This document shows, piece by piece, positions 7,173 through 15,120 of a DNA stretch of 50,619 nucleotides. This DNA is from a candidate division WWE3 bacterium (lineage in GTDB: Bacteria; Patescibacteriota; WWE3; JAUXAW01): positions 1 through 50,619 of the forward strand of contig JAUXAW010000003.1 of the NCBI GenBank assembly GCA_030619715.1, read 5' to 3'. Numbering within the stretch: the first letter of the stretch is position 1; each line of letters begins with the position of its first letter. Below the pieces are notes generated by a model, which had not been told where the DNA came from, searched no databases, and saw only the letters and a program-made list of their open reading frames with translations. The position numbers were made by a program, and so were the translations under genes.

Positions 7173-8927
7173 TCAGTTAATAGTTTTCTCTTCGATTTCC
7201 TTCTTAATGTTTACAATAAACTCGTCAACTTTTATTTGGCCGTAGTCCTTTCCGGATCTCCCACGCTCCGAGACGGTTCCAGCTTTCATTTCTCTGTCAC
7301 CAACAATGAGCATATAAGGGATTTTTTGCAGCTGCGCATCTCTGATCTTCGCTTGCATCGTCTCATCTCTCTCGTCAAGATCAGCTCGTAGCGAGTAGCG
7401 AGTAGCGAGTAGCTTTTCGATCACACTCCTTGCATAGTCAACGTGTCGATCCGCAATCGGAATGACGACCACCTGCACCGGTGCCAGCCAAACGGGAAAA
7501 GCGCCGGCGTAGTGCTCAATCAAAATTCCAAGGAAGCGTTCGAGCGAGCCGTAAATGGTGCGATGAATCATCACCGGCTGTTCCTTGGTTCCTTCGGTGG
7601 TAACGTACTCAAGCTCAAAGTTTTCTGGTTGAGCAAAGTCTAGTTGGATGGTTCCACACTGCCAGGTGCGGCCAACGCTGTCCTTAAGGTAAAAGTCAAA
7701 CTTCGGTCCGTAGAAGGCCCCATCCCCCTCGTTGATTTGGTGAGGAACCCTTTTCTCTTTTAGAACTTCACGCATAACCGTTTCCGCCCTTTCCCAAATT
7801 TCGTCGGAGCCGATTGATTTTTCCGGTCGGGTGGAGAGTTCGATGCGATCGATTTCCAGGCCGAAGGTTTCGTAGATTTCAAAACAAAGATCGATCACCT
7901 TTTTAAGCTCCTCCTTGACTTGATCGGGAGTGCAGTAGATGTGGGCGTCGTCTTGAGTGAACTCTCGCGGTCTTAGGATTCCATGCAACTCGCCGGAGCT
8001 TTCGTAGCGGTGAACCATCCCCAACTCTCCCATTTTGAGAGGAAATTCTTTGTAGGAGCGGGGGCGGTTTTTGTAGATTAAGATGCCGCCATCGCAGCTC
8101 ATTGGTTTGATTGCCATATTCCATTCTTTGGCATCGGGAGTCAGGACTCTATACATCTTTTCGATAAAGAAAGTGGTGTGACCGCTTTGGTCCCAGATCT
8201 CGCGGGTCAAAATTTCTGGGGTGCGGACTTCGACATAGCCTTCACGATCGTGAATTCTTCGCCAATACTTGACCAGTTCCTTGAAGATGGTGTAACCCTT
8301 GGGGTGCCAGAAGACGTCGCCGGGGGCTTCGGGGTGGAAGGAGAAAAGATCCAACTCTTTACCGATCTTGCGGTGATCTCTTTTTTTGGCTTCTTCTTGG
8401 AGTTTGAGATAGTTGTCAAGCTTTTTTTGGGTCGGGAAGGCGGTGCCGTAGATGCGGGTCAGCATTGGGTTTTTCTCATCTCCGCGCCAATAAGCGCCGG
8501 CGAGGTGGGTCAGTTTAAAAGCTTTAATTTCAGAAGTGTTTTTAAGGTGGGGTCCTTTACAAAGATCAACAAAATCCCCCATTTTATAAACAGAGATTTG
8601 AGTTTTGAATTTTGAGTTTTGAGTTTTTTCCAGCTCGTCGATGAGCTGGAGTTTGTACGGTTGGTCTTTGAAAATCTTTCTCCCCTCCCCCACCGAAACT
8701 TCTTTTTTCACGAACGGAAATTTTTGGGCAATGATTTTTTCCATCCCCCTTTCGATTTTAGGAAGATCGGCGTCGGAGATGGGTTGGGGAAACTCAAAAT
8801 CGTAATAAAACCCATTCTCAATCGCCGGCCCAATCCCGAACTTAACGTTTGGATAAACTTTCTCCACCGCCGTTGCCAAAACGTGCGATGTACTATGTCT
8901 TAGAGTTTCAAGATTAGGAAATAACAT
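7173..8927 (-). CDS. thrS: Threonine--tRNA ligase lacking the N-terminal TGS domain
   Basis: Starts MLFPNLETLRHSTSHVLA (editing/SAD domain HxxxH). Class II core (RDHRKIGKELDLF, GAFYGPKFD) and anticodon-binding domain present. 584 aa from ATG 8927. Confidence 0.92.
   Translation of the reverse strand: MLFPNLETLRHSTSHVLATAVEKVYPNVKFGIGPAIENGFYYDFEFPQPISDADLPKIERGMEKIIAQKFPFVKKEVSVGEGRKIFKDQPYKLQLIDELEKTQNSKFKTQISVYKMGDFVDLCKGPHLKNTSEIKAFKLTHLAGAYWRGDEKNPMLTRIYGTAFPTQKKLDNYLKLQEEAKKRDHRKIGKELDLFSFHPEAPGDVFWHPKGYTIFKELVKYWRRIHDREGYVEVRTPEILTREIWDQSGHTTFFIEKMYRVLTPDAKEWNMAIKPMSCDGGILIYKNRPRSYKEFPLKMGELGMVHRYESSGELHGILRPREFTQDDAHIYCTPDQVKEELKKVIDLCFEIYETFGLEIDRIELSTRPEKSIGSDEIWERAETVMREVLKEKRVPHQINEGDGAFYGPKFDFYLKDSVGRTWQCGTIQLDFAQPENFELEYVTTEGTKEQPVMIHRTIYGSLERFLGILIEHYAGAFPVWLAPVQVVVIPIADRHVDYARSVIEKLLATRYSLRADLDERDETMQAKIRDAQLQKIPYMLIVGDREMKAGTVSERGRSGKDYGQIKVDEFIVNIKKEIEEKTIN
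7384..7413. repeat. Tandem heptamer GCTCGTA GCGAGTA GCGAGTA GCGAGTA GC inside thrS
   Basis: Read directly. Encodes LLATRYSLRADL in the anticodon-binding domain. A related string is at 33641-33665. Confidence 0.85.
8595..8629. repeat. Tandem heptamer GATTTGA GTTTTGA ATTTTGA GTTTTGA GTTTTTT inside thrS
   Basis: Read directly. Encodes KTQNSKFKTQ, which looks like a short insertion relative to the E. coli ThrRS region as recalled. Complement of the CAAATCT-type unit. Confidence 0.85.
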
Positions 8928-8973
8928 CTTTATGTGAACATACTTTATCAAAAAATGTCTCGACTTTCCACTA

Positions 8974-8982
8974 TGATAAAAT
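8974..8982 (+). promoter_or_regulatory. Extended -10 TGaTAAAAT; ATG 8990 lies 7 nt downstream (leaderless)
   Basis: Read directly in the 62-nt thrS / FemAB-like divergent spacer. No Shine-Dalgarno site. Confidence 0.5.
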
Positions 8983-8989
8983 AGGCTAG

Positions 8990-9865
8990 ATGGCACGGGA
9001 TTATCGTCAGTACATAGAATATAACAACTTCTTTGGGGAATTGGGTTGGATTGTAGAAAAAATCAACGGCACTTTCGTTCTCATTCGGCACCTTCCCCTC
9101 GTCGGTTCGGTCATAAAAATTCAACGGTGTGACCCCCAAATTCCCTTGCAAAAAATAGATGAGGTAGCAAAGAGACATCGCGCCCTTCTCATTAAGCTCG
9201 AACCAAACCTGACAACGGACGATCCACGCACACCAGCAATCTTAGAGCGCCTAAAAAATTTTGGCTATGAAGAATCCCGCTGGGCTCTTTGCCCCACCAG
9301 AACGATCCACATAAATTTAGGTTTAGATTTGGACAAACTCTTGGCCCAGACAAAGAAAGATGTAAGAAGATATCTTAGAAAAAACCGGGGGAAGGACTGT
9401 GAGTTCCACCGAGATAAGGATTTTGAGGATTTCTACCCCCTGCTCCAAAAAGCGGGAAAGGCCAAAGGTTACCCCGTCCCTAAGGTCGAAGAGCTGAAAT
9501 TGCGCTGGGAGGCCTTCGGTAGCGATTTGAAACTGCTTCTTGGGTATAAAGAGGGAAACCTTTTGGGAGGGTCCCTCACACTTTGTCGAGACGAGGCGGC
9601 GGTGGGTATCTATATGGCCACGAACAAAGAAGCTTTAGTCCAACATTTTTCTTATTCGCTGATGTGGGAGTCAATAAAACTTTCCCAGGAAGCGGGCTGC
9701 AGAATTTTGGATTTAGACGGAATTTACGATCCGCGGTACCGTGCCCGTACATCGTGGAAGGGATTAACCGAATTCAAAAAAAAGTTTGGGGGCAGGGAGG
9801 TTGAATTTGTCGGGTCTTTTACAAAATGCCCGTTAAAAATTATGGCCAGGTTTGGACTTATCTAA
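8990..9865 (+). CDS. FemAB-family peptidoglycan bridge-formation (aminoacyl-transferase) like protein
   Basis: GNAT-like fold signatures: KKDVRRYLRKN, LLGGSLTL...YMATNKEA, GLTEFKKKFGG. Assignment from recalled family features only. Confidence 0.55.
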   Translation: MARDYRQYIEYNNFFGELGWIVEKINGTFVLIRHLPLVGSVIKIQRCDPQIPLQKIDEVAKRHRALLIKLEPNLTTDDPRTPAILERLKNFGYEESRWALCPTRTIHINLGLDLDKLLAQTKKDVRRYLRKNRGKDCEFHRDKDFEDFYPLLQKAGKAKGYPVPKVEELKLRWEAFGSDLKLLLGYKEGNLLGGSLTLCRDEAAVGIYMATNKEALVQHFSYSLMWESIKLSQEAGCRILDLDGIYDPRYRARTSWKGLTEFKKKFGGREVEFVGSFTKCPLKIMARFGLI

Positions 9866-10654
9866 ATGATTTTTTCTAAAATCCTTTACGAAGGGACCTC
9901 GGAATACACCACTCTCCAGGTTCGCGAGAAACGAGGGGCAATCAGTCTAATTTCGGGAAACAAGCATGTCCAGTCATCTTACCGGCCGGGCAGAAGGCTC
10001 TTGGGGACAGTCTGGGATTATTTCTTGCTCGCTCCCCTTTTTGCCCCCAAACCCGACGAAGTGGAAGACGTCTGTATCCTAGGGTTGGGAGTCGGTGTGG
10101 CCGTTAAACTTTTAAACCGGGTCTATCAAATAGAAAGAATTGTTGGCGTTGAGGTTGACAAGGTAGTTGTTAGTTTGGGAAGAAGGTTTTTTAATTTGGA
10201 CGACAGTAATCTGGAAGTCTGTGTCCAGGACGCCGCCGAATATGTCAGGAAAACTCCAAGAAAATTTGACTTAATCTTAATCGATACCTTCAAAGACGAT
10301 GAGATTGATCCCAGATGTAGTTGTCTAGAGTTTTACCTCAACGTGATCAAGCTCCTCAAACCCGAGGGCATCGTCCTGGTCAACCGGGCAAACACCAAAA
10401 AGCAAGAGAAAACAAACAAAGAGTTCCTGCTCGAGTTCCCTCGTCTTTTTGCTCAATGCTACGCTCTCCGCGTCAAAAACAATATCTTTTATTTCGCTCA
10501 GCAGAAACCCCTCAAAAAACAAAAAATAGTGGAAAGAATAAAAAGCCTTGCGGCCCAAGGGGAGTTCACAAAGTTTCTTAAGGATTTTAACGAGAAAAAC
10601 CTGCGAGCTGTCCCCTCCCCCGCCCACCACCACCCCAACCCTAAAATCTGCTAA
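9866..10654 (+). CDS. Spermidine-synthase-like class I SAM-dependent methyltransferase-fold protein
   Basis: ILGLGVGVAVK (motif I), VGVEVD, DLILIDTF, LKPEGIVLVN. Start abuts the previous stop. Confidence 0.6.
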   Translation: MIFSKILYEGTSEYTTLQVREKRGAISLISGNKHVQSSYRPGRRLLGTVWDYFLLAPLFAPKPDEVEDVCILGLGVGVAVKLLNRVYQIERIVGVEVDKVVVSLGRRFFNLDDSNLEVCVQDAAEYVRKTPRKFDLILIDTFKDDEIDPRCSCLEFYLNVIKLLKPEGIVLVNRANTKKQEKTNKEFLLEFPRLFAQCYALRVKNNIFYFAQQKPLKKQKIVERIKSLAAQGEFTKFLKDFNEKNLRAVPSPAHHHPNPKIC

Positions 10655-10657
10655 AAT
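10649..10657 (+). promoter_or_regulatory. Extended -10 TGcTAAAAT; ATG 10664 lies 6 nt downstream (leaderless)
   Basis: Read directly, overlapping the end of the preceding ORF. Confidence 0.4.
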
Positions 10658-10663
10658 CGTAGT

Positions 10664-11167
10664 ATGAAAATCCTCGTTTTTACCGAAGGAACAATTCTGA
10701 TGCACACCTCTGCTGAGGGTTTAACTCGAGAGCAGAGAGTCCGACAATCAAAAGAGAGAGTAAGACCGCTTTCTGACCACTTTTTTGCCGAAGGAATCCC
10801 CAATGGTGATGCGGTGAAAAAATTGCAGATATGGAAGAATCAAGGGGCAGAGATTTTTTATCTCACCTCACGAACCAAACCGAAACAGGTTGCTAACATT
10901 AGGCATGTTCTTGAAAAATTTAACTTTCCAGATAATCATAATTTACTCTTTCGCAAGGAAGGAGAGCAATACAAAGATGTTGCCGAAAAACTAATGCCTG
11001 ATATTTTAGTTGAGGATGATTGCGAAAGCATCGGCGGAGAAAAAGAAATGACCTACACCCACATCAAACCAGAACTTAAAAAGAAGATTGAATCAGTTGT
11101 GATCAAGGAGTTCGGTGGTATTGACCATCTGCCTAACTCTTTAGAAGAATTAGAGAAGAAGGGATGA
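10664..11167 (+). CDS. Hypothetical protein (167 aa), possibly HAD-like fold but without the DxD nucleophile motif
   Basis: Clean ORF. N-terminus MKILVFTEGT resembles HAD motif I but has no Asp. No confident family. Confidence 0.45.
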   Translation: MKILVFTEGTILMHTSAEGLTREQRVRQSKERVRPLSDHFFAEGIPNGDAVKKLQIWKNQGAEIFYLTSRTKPKQVANIRHVLEKFNFPDNHNLLFRKEGEQYKDVAEKLMPDILVEDDCESIGGEKEMTYTHIKPELKKKIESVVIKEFGGIDHLPNSLEELEKKG

Positions 11168-11183
11168 AGATGAGAGGAGGAAA

Positions 11184-11660
11184 ATGAAAAAAGCTACTTT
11201 GTGTTTCCTTTTGCGGGAAACAGACGCCGGCCAAGAGGTACTCTTGGCAATGAAGAAAAGGGGTTTCGGCCAAGGAAAGTGGAACGGTGTTGGTGGAAAG
11301 GTCGATGACGAGTCCGTCGAGGAAGCGGCCAGAAGGGAGACTGCTGAGGAGATTGGTGTTAAGGTTATTGAGCTTGAGGAAGTTGCGGTTTTGACTTTCT
11401 ACTTTACCGCCGATCCAGAATCCCAAGATTGGAATCAAGAAGTCCACGTCTTTTTCGCCAAAAGCTGGAGAGGAGAACCGACCGAGTCGGAGGAGATGAA
11501 ACCACAGTGGTACATCTATGACGATGTGCCATACGACTCAATGTGGGCCGATGATGAGTTCTGGCTTCCGAGGGTGTTGGCGGGTGAAAGACTTAAAGCC
11601 GTTTTCACTTTCTCGGACAGCGAGACTATCATCAGCCACGAAATTACCCCGTGGGACTGA
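11184..11660 (+). CDS. NUDIX hydrolase (MutT-like)
   Basis: Nudix box GGKVDDESVEEAARRETAEEIGV (GX5EX7REUXEEXGU). GAGGAGG Shine-Dalgarno before the ATG. Confidence 0.85.
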   Translation: MKKATLCFLLRETDAGQEVLLAMKKRGFGQGKWNGVGGKVDDESVEEAARRETAEEIGVKVIELEEVAVLTFYFTADPESQDWNQEVHVFFAKSWRGEPTESEEMKPQWYIYDDVPYDSMWADDEFWLPRVLAGERLKAVFTFSDSETIISHEITPWD

Positions 11661-11680
11661 ATTGAGGTTTAGGCCTTGAA

Positions 11681-11710
11681 TTTTGCGAGTTCCCGCCAAT
11701 TTCCCCTAAC
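11681..11710. repeat. P1 element copy 1: TTTTGCGAGTTCCCGCCAATTTCCCCTAAC
   Basis: Degenerate copy of consensus TTTGCGAG-TT-CTCGCAAATTTCCCCTCTAC. Lies 21 nt after the NUDIX stop. Confidence 0.7.
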
Positions 11711-11749
11711 GGACAGCCGAGGCCTTATCTTTTATGTTAAACTTTAACT

Positions 11750-12598
11750 ATGACGAAAGTTCCCAATCTTCAAACGGTCACCATACCCGCCGGGGAATTC
11801 TTGATGGGAACCACCAAGAAACAGTTCGAGGAGCTTGTCCGGAAGTACCCAGAGACCGACCGCCGCTTGTTTGAAAGAGAGATCCCACAGCACAGCATCT
11901 TCCTTCCCAAATTCCAGATTTCCAAATATCCTGTTACTAGTGAACAATTTGCAGATTTTGTTAAAGCTGTTGGTTACGAAACTACCGCCGAAAGAGAGGG
12001 GTGGGGATTTCACTTCGCCGGAAGGATGGAAAAAGTCAAAGGGGCCGACTGGCAGCATCCTCACGGCCCAGAAAGCACCATTGAAGACAAAGGGAGCCAT
12101 CCGGTGGTAATGGTTTCTTGGGACGATGCTCGAGCCTTCTGCGCTTGGCTTTCAAAAGCGACTAGAGACAAATATCATTTGCCAACCGAGGCGGAGTGGG
12201 AGAAAGCGGCGCGGGGAACAGATGGCAGGATTTGGCCCTGGGGGAACGGGTGGGACGAAAGGCTCTGTAATTGCAAAAACATCGTTGGTGACACAGCACC
12301 GGTTGGGAAGTACTCACCGCAGGACGAGAGTCCCTACAGCTGCTCGGATATGATGGGTAATGTTTTGGAGTGGACCAGCACGACCATTGGAACGACGGAG
12401 CCTTGGCCCTCAAAGTTTAAATACCCGTATGATCCGAGTGACGGTCGAGAAGACCCCTCCCCAAGAACTCGAAGAGTGGGAAGGGGTGGAACCTTCCAGC
12501 GAGATGAAGGATTTGTCCGTTGCGCCTTTCGCTTCGCTGATATGCCTGAAGATCGTTATTCAAGTATGGGTTTCCGGGTAGCTCTCTCGGTTAGTTAG
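11750..12598 (+). CDS. Formylglycine-generating-enzyme (SUMF1/EgtB/PvdO, C-type-lectin-like fold) family protein
   Basis: IPAGEFLMGT, HPVVMVSWDDARAFCAWLS, YHLPTEAEWEKAARG, GNVLEWT, RGG..., GFRVA. TGtTAAACT lies 6 nt before the ATG (leaderless). Confidence 0.85.
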   Translation: MTKVPNLQTVTIPAGEFLMGTTKKQFEELVRKYPETDRRLFEREIPQHSIFLPKFQISKYPVTSEQFADFVKAVGYETTAEREGWGFHFAGRMEKVKGADWQHPHGPESTIEDKGSHPVVMVSWDDARAFCAWLSKATRDKYHLPTEAEWEKAARGTDGRIWPWGNGWDERLCNCKNIVGDTAPVGKYSPQDESPYSCSDMMGNVLEWTSTTIGTTEPWPSKFKYPYDPSDGREDPSPRTRRVGRGGTFQRDEGFVRCAFRFADMPEDRYSSMGFRVALSVS

Positions 12599-12612
12599 CA
12601 AACTGGCTAAAG

Positions 12613-12646
12613 TTGCCAGTTCTCGCAAATTTCCCCTCTTCTACCC
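12613..12646. repeat. P1 element copy 2: TTGCCAGTTCTCGCAAATTTCCCCTCTTCTACCC
   Basis: Read directly, 14 nt after the FGE-family stop. Confidence 0.75.
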
Positions 12647-12663
12647 AAAAAGCTTTTTGCCTG

Positions 12664-12692
12664 TTGACTTTCCGTTCAAGAGATTATAGTAT
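12664..12692 (+). promoter_or_regulatory. Promoter: -35 TTGACT (12664-12669), 17 nt, -10 TAGTAT (12687-12692; alternative TATAGT with a 15-nt spacer)
   Basis: Read directly. About 75-nt leader to ATG 12773 with AAGGAGGG Shine-Dalgarno. Confidence 0.6.
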
Positions 12693-12772
12693 CATCTATG
12701 TAGTACACCTACATCAACCACAATTGAGCGGTAGGTCAAGCTGCTCACACAGTCTAAGAAAAGGAGGGAAAG

Positions 12773-13279
12773 ATGTACGAGTCTCAAGCTGAAACCTTGG
12801 AAGAGGCGGTGAGGGAAGATTTGGGTTGTTGGATTCCCTGTCTTATCCACCCCAAACCAGCAGCACTCCTCTCTGATACGGAAGCTTACATCATCATTGA
12901 TGTGCCAGGATGTGATCTTCCGGTCACCGCCATTGAGTCTCGCTTTAGGGTCATTGATCTTGGGGAGGAGGCTGAAGAGGGCGACCTCTCCGGGAAGTTT
13001 AGAAAGGGATTGGTCAGAGTGGCAATCCTCTATCCAGATCCAGCAAAGGAAGAAGGGAGGGAGCTTTGCCAAGTCTGGGACTGCCAGGATCCCATTCGCT
13101 TCACTTACCCGGAAGAGAAGCTAATTTTCGGCAACTTTGAAGATCTCAAGTGGAAAAGAATCAAGGAGAGGAGAAGGAAAATTGAAGGGGAGGGTAAGAT
13201 TGTGGTGACACAGCAGCTCCCTCCGCCCCCAGACGCAGGATGGGATTTCGCACGGGGATGCTGGCTTTCCATAGAGTAA
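12773..13279 (+). CDS. Hypothetical protein (168 aa), acidic, Cys/Trp-containing, orphan
   Basis: Own promoter, leader and strong Shine-Dalgarno site. No recognisable motif. Confidence 0.55.
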   Translation: MYESQAETLEEAVREDLGCWIPCLIHPKPAALLSDTEAYIIIDVPGCDLPVTAIESRFRVIDLGEEAEEGDLSGKFRKGLVRVAILYPDPAKEEGRELCQVWDCQDPIRFTYPEEKLIFGNFEDLKWKRIKERRRKIEGEGKIVVTQQLPPPPDAGWDFARGCWLSIE

Positions 13280-13414
13280 TTCCTGCCAGGGCTGGCAGCT
13301 ATCGGGAGCGATCCTTGATGGCTTTCAGCCCTTTTCCTCTCTTATCCTACCTCAATCTATTTTGATTTATCCCCCTTCTCCTTCTTCGCCCCACTGGGGT
13401 GGAGAAGCCTTGGT

Positions 13415-14317
13415 TTGACGCCCAACACACATCTACATTATACTTTGAAATACCGGAGGGAAGTTTCATTTGTGGAAACAATTACTATTTCTTCTAAACT
13501 CAATTTTCCAGAGCATATAATAGTTGACGGTATCGTTTTCCACTGCGTTAAAAATCAGCAAGGAGAGCAGACTTTTGCGGCCTTAGAAAAAGGGAGGAAA
13601 ATAGACCAATCCCCTACCTACGTTCAGGCTTTGCTCAAAGGCGTAAGTTATCGCGACCTGCCATTGGAGATTCGGATTAACAATAAACCTTTCTCACGGA
13701 AAGTTGGAACCTACTATGTTCCTAAGTATGCAACGATTGACGAGCTGGCCCGATTTTTCGATAGTGTCGCTCCCATCTATCACAAGATTGTACTGACAGA
13801 AGCCACCAAAGCAATTATCTCTCTCTTATTGCGGGCTGTAATCCCTAAGGACGAGGACGCGGCAACAATTCTGGATTTTGGTGTGGGGGTGGGCCTGTCA
13901 ACCGAGGTGGTAAGGGAAGAATACTCGGCAAAATCAATACACTTATGTGGGGTTGATATCTCCAGCAAAATGGTCGCAATCTCTAAGCAAAAGGGTATCG
14001 AGGCACATAAAATAGACGGCTTTAACACCCCATTCCCTAATGATTATTTCGATGGCGTTTTTGCATCTTTCGTGGCCCATTACCTCCAGAGCTTTGAACC
14101 CTTTAGTGAGATGTGCCGTGTCTTGAAGTCTCGGGGCGTGCTTGCTTTCAATCTGCGCCGACCACCAGAAAATTGGCAGCAACACTATAAAAGCAAGTTA
14201 GAAGAGGTGGGTTTTTGTAACTTCTCTTGGTGCAGTGGAAGTATAAAACTTCAATCAGACGGAACCGTTTACCCCAAAGGTTACCCTTACACTATCGTAC
14301 AAGTCGAGAAACCTTAA
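13415..14317 (+). CDS. Class I SAM-dependent methyltransferase with an unassigned ~110-aa N-terminal domain
   Basis: ILDFGVGVGLST (motif I), LCGVDIS, DGVFASFVAHYL, LKSRGVLAF. TTG start with GGAGAAG 7 nt upstream. Confidence 0.75.
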   Translation: MTPNTHLHYTLKYRREVSFVETITISSKLNFPEHIIVDGIVFHCVKNQQGEQTFAALEKGRKIDQSPTYVQALLKGVSYRDLPLEIRINNKPFSRKVGTYYVPKYATIDELARFFDSVAPIYHKIVLTEATKAIISLLLRAVIPKDEDAATILDFGVGVGLSTEVVREEYSAKSIHLCGVDISSKMVAISKQKGIEAHKIDGFNTPFPNDYFDGVFASFVAHYLQSFEPFSEMCRVLKSRGVLAFNLRRPPENWQQHYKSKLEEVGFCNFSWCSGSIKLQSDGTVYPKGYPYTIVQVEKP

Positions 14318-14359
14318 AGCCGCCTGACGGATGAAACCCGCCGGCGGCTTTTTCATTTT
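14317..14359 (+). terminator. Intrinsic terminator after the methyltransferase gene
   Basis: 8-bp stem AAGCCGCC / GGCGGCTT (14317-14324 / 14343-14350) followed by TTTCATTTT. Confidence 0.6.
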
Positions 14360-14406
14360 GCGAGTCGCCTGCCCGCCTTTGGTGGGTCGCAAATTTCCCC
14401 TCTACT
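14356..14406. repeat. P1 element copy 3, with a 21-nt GC-rich insertion between the arms
   Basis: TTTTGCGAGTC [gcctgcccgcctttggtgg] GTCGCAAATTTCCCCTCTAC. The insertion itself can pair (CCCGCC / GGTGGG). Confidence 0.75.
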
Positions 14407-14421
14407 TAGTGAAGGTACTCC

Positions 14422-14450
14422 TTGACTTTTATAGGGCCAACTGTTAGACT
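14422..14450 (+). promoter_or_regulatory. Promoter: -35 TTGACT (14422-14427), 17 nt, -10 TAGACT (14445-14450)
   Basis: Read directly. About 60-nt leader to ATG 14516 with AAAGGAG Shine-Dalgarno. The leader resembles that of the 12773 ORF. Confidence 0.6.
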
Positions 14451-14515
14451 GCTTCTGCACCACTACAACAACCACGTGTCTTACACACTCTAGGTCAAGA
14501 AAGGAGATAGACAAC

Positions 14516-14947
14516 ATGAATGAAGCAAAAGGCGCATGTCCCTTTTGTGGTGGCATTCTCGAGCAAACCAGCAAAAAGAGGTACACGTGCAATGGGTGCG
14601 GAGAAAGCTTCAGCTCTCTGGGTAAGGGTTCGCTCCGTGCCATTGTAACCCTAAAAACACTCGAAATCACCCAAGAAAAGGGGCCTCTCTCAGGTTCAGA
14701 GCTAGCAAAGCTGCTGCTGGAGAAGTATGAAGATATGCTCGTTCCCCGGATGACCAGATATAGCAAAGCGCGCGGAAAAGAGGGGATGAGCGAGTCGATC
14801 AGGTCAGCTATAAGCGCCGCTTACTACGAAGGTTTGCTCGGGAAAATCCCACGACAACCGACAAAGTTCTGTGCGCCGGACTATCCCGATGCTGTCGTGA
14901 GAGCCACAAAACCGCCAGAGAAGGAAGCAGAGAACGATGCCGAGTGA
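14516..14947 (+). CDS. Hypothetical protein (143 aa): N-terminal zinc ribbon plus possible winged-helix region
   Basis: CPFCGG...CNGCGE (CxxC-x13-CxxC). The central PLSGSELAKLLLEKY segment is wHTH-like, by inference. Confidence 0.55.
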   Translation: MNEAKGACPFCGGILEQTSKKRYTCNGCGESFSSLGKGSLRAIVTLKTLEITQEKGPLSGSELAKLLLEKYEDMLVPRMTRYSKARGKEGMSESIRSAISAAYYEGLLGKIPRQPTKFCAPDYPDAVVRATKPPEKEAENDAE

Positions 14948-14968
14948 GCTTTCACGAGCTCAAGACCC

Positions 14969-15009
14969 GAGGGCAGCAAGGATACTTTCCTCGCTGTCCT
15001 CTTTTATTT
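14969..15009 (+). terminator. Intrinsic terminator after the 14516-14947 ORF
   Basis: Stem GAGGGCAGC / GCTGTCCTC (one G-T pair) followed by TTTTATTT. Confidence 0.6.
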
Positions 15010-15014
15010 CTCAC

Positions 15015-15047
15015 AATGCGAGTTCTCGCAAATTTTTACCCGTCTAC
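15015..15047. repeat. P1 element copy 4: AATGCGAGTTCTCGCAAATTTTTACCCGTCTAC
   Basis: Read directly. Lies after a separate canonical terminator, so it is not simply the terminator. Confidence 0.75.
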
Positions 15048-15102
15048 CTGCCTCTGGCTGGTGTCGGGTCCCCCAACCTCGCCCTCCCCAACCTCCAAAA
15101 TT

Positions 15103-15111
15103 TGGTAAAAT
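15103..15111 (+). promoter_or_regulatory. Extended -10 TGgTAAAAT; ATG 15121 lies 9 nt downstream (leaderless)
   Basis: Read directly. No Shine-Dalgarno site. Confidence 0.5.
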
Positions 15112-15120
15112 CAATTTAAC

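Noticed and set aside
11750-12598. FGE/C-type-lectin-fold protein as a diversity-generating retroelement target, with the Avd-like gene at 29262-29627
   Set aside because: No reverse transcriptase ORF exists in the window. I found no second (template-repeat) copy of the gene's 3' end by eye. The Avd-like gene is 17 kb away in an unrelated context. A computational self-alignment of 12450-12598 against the contig would settle it.
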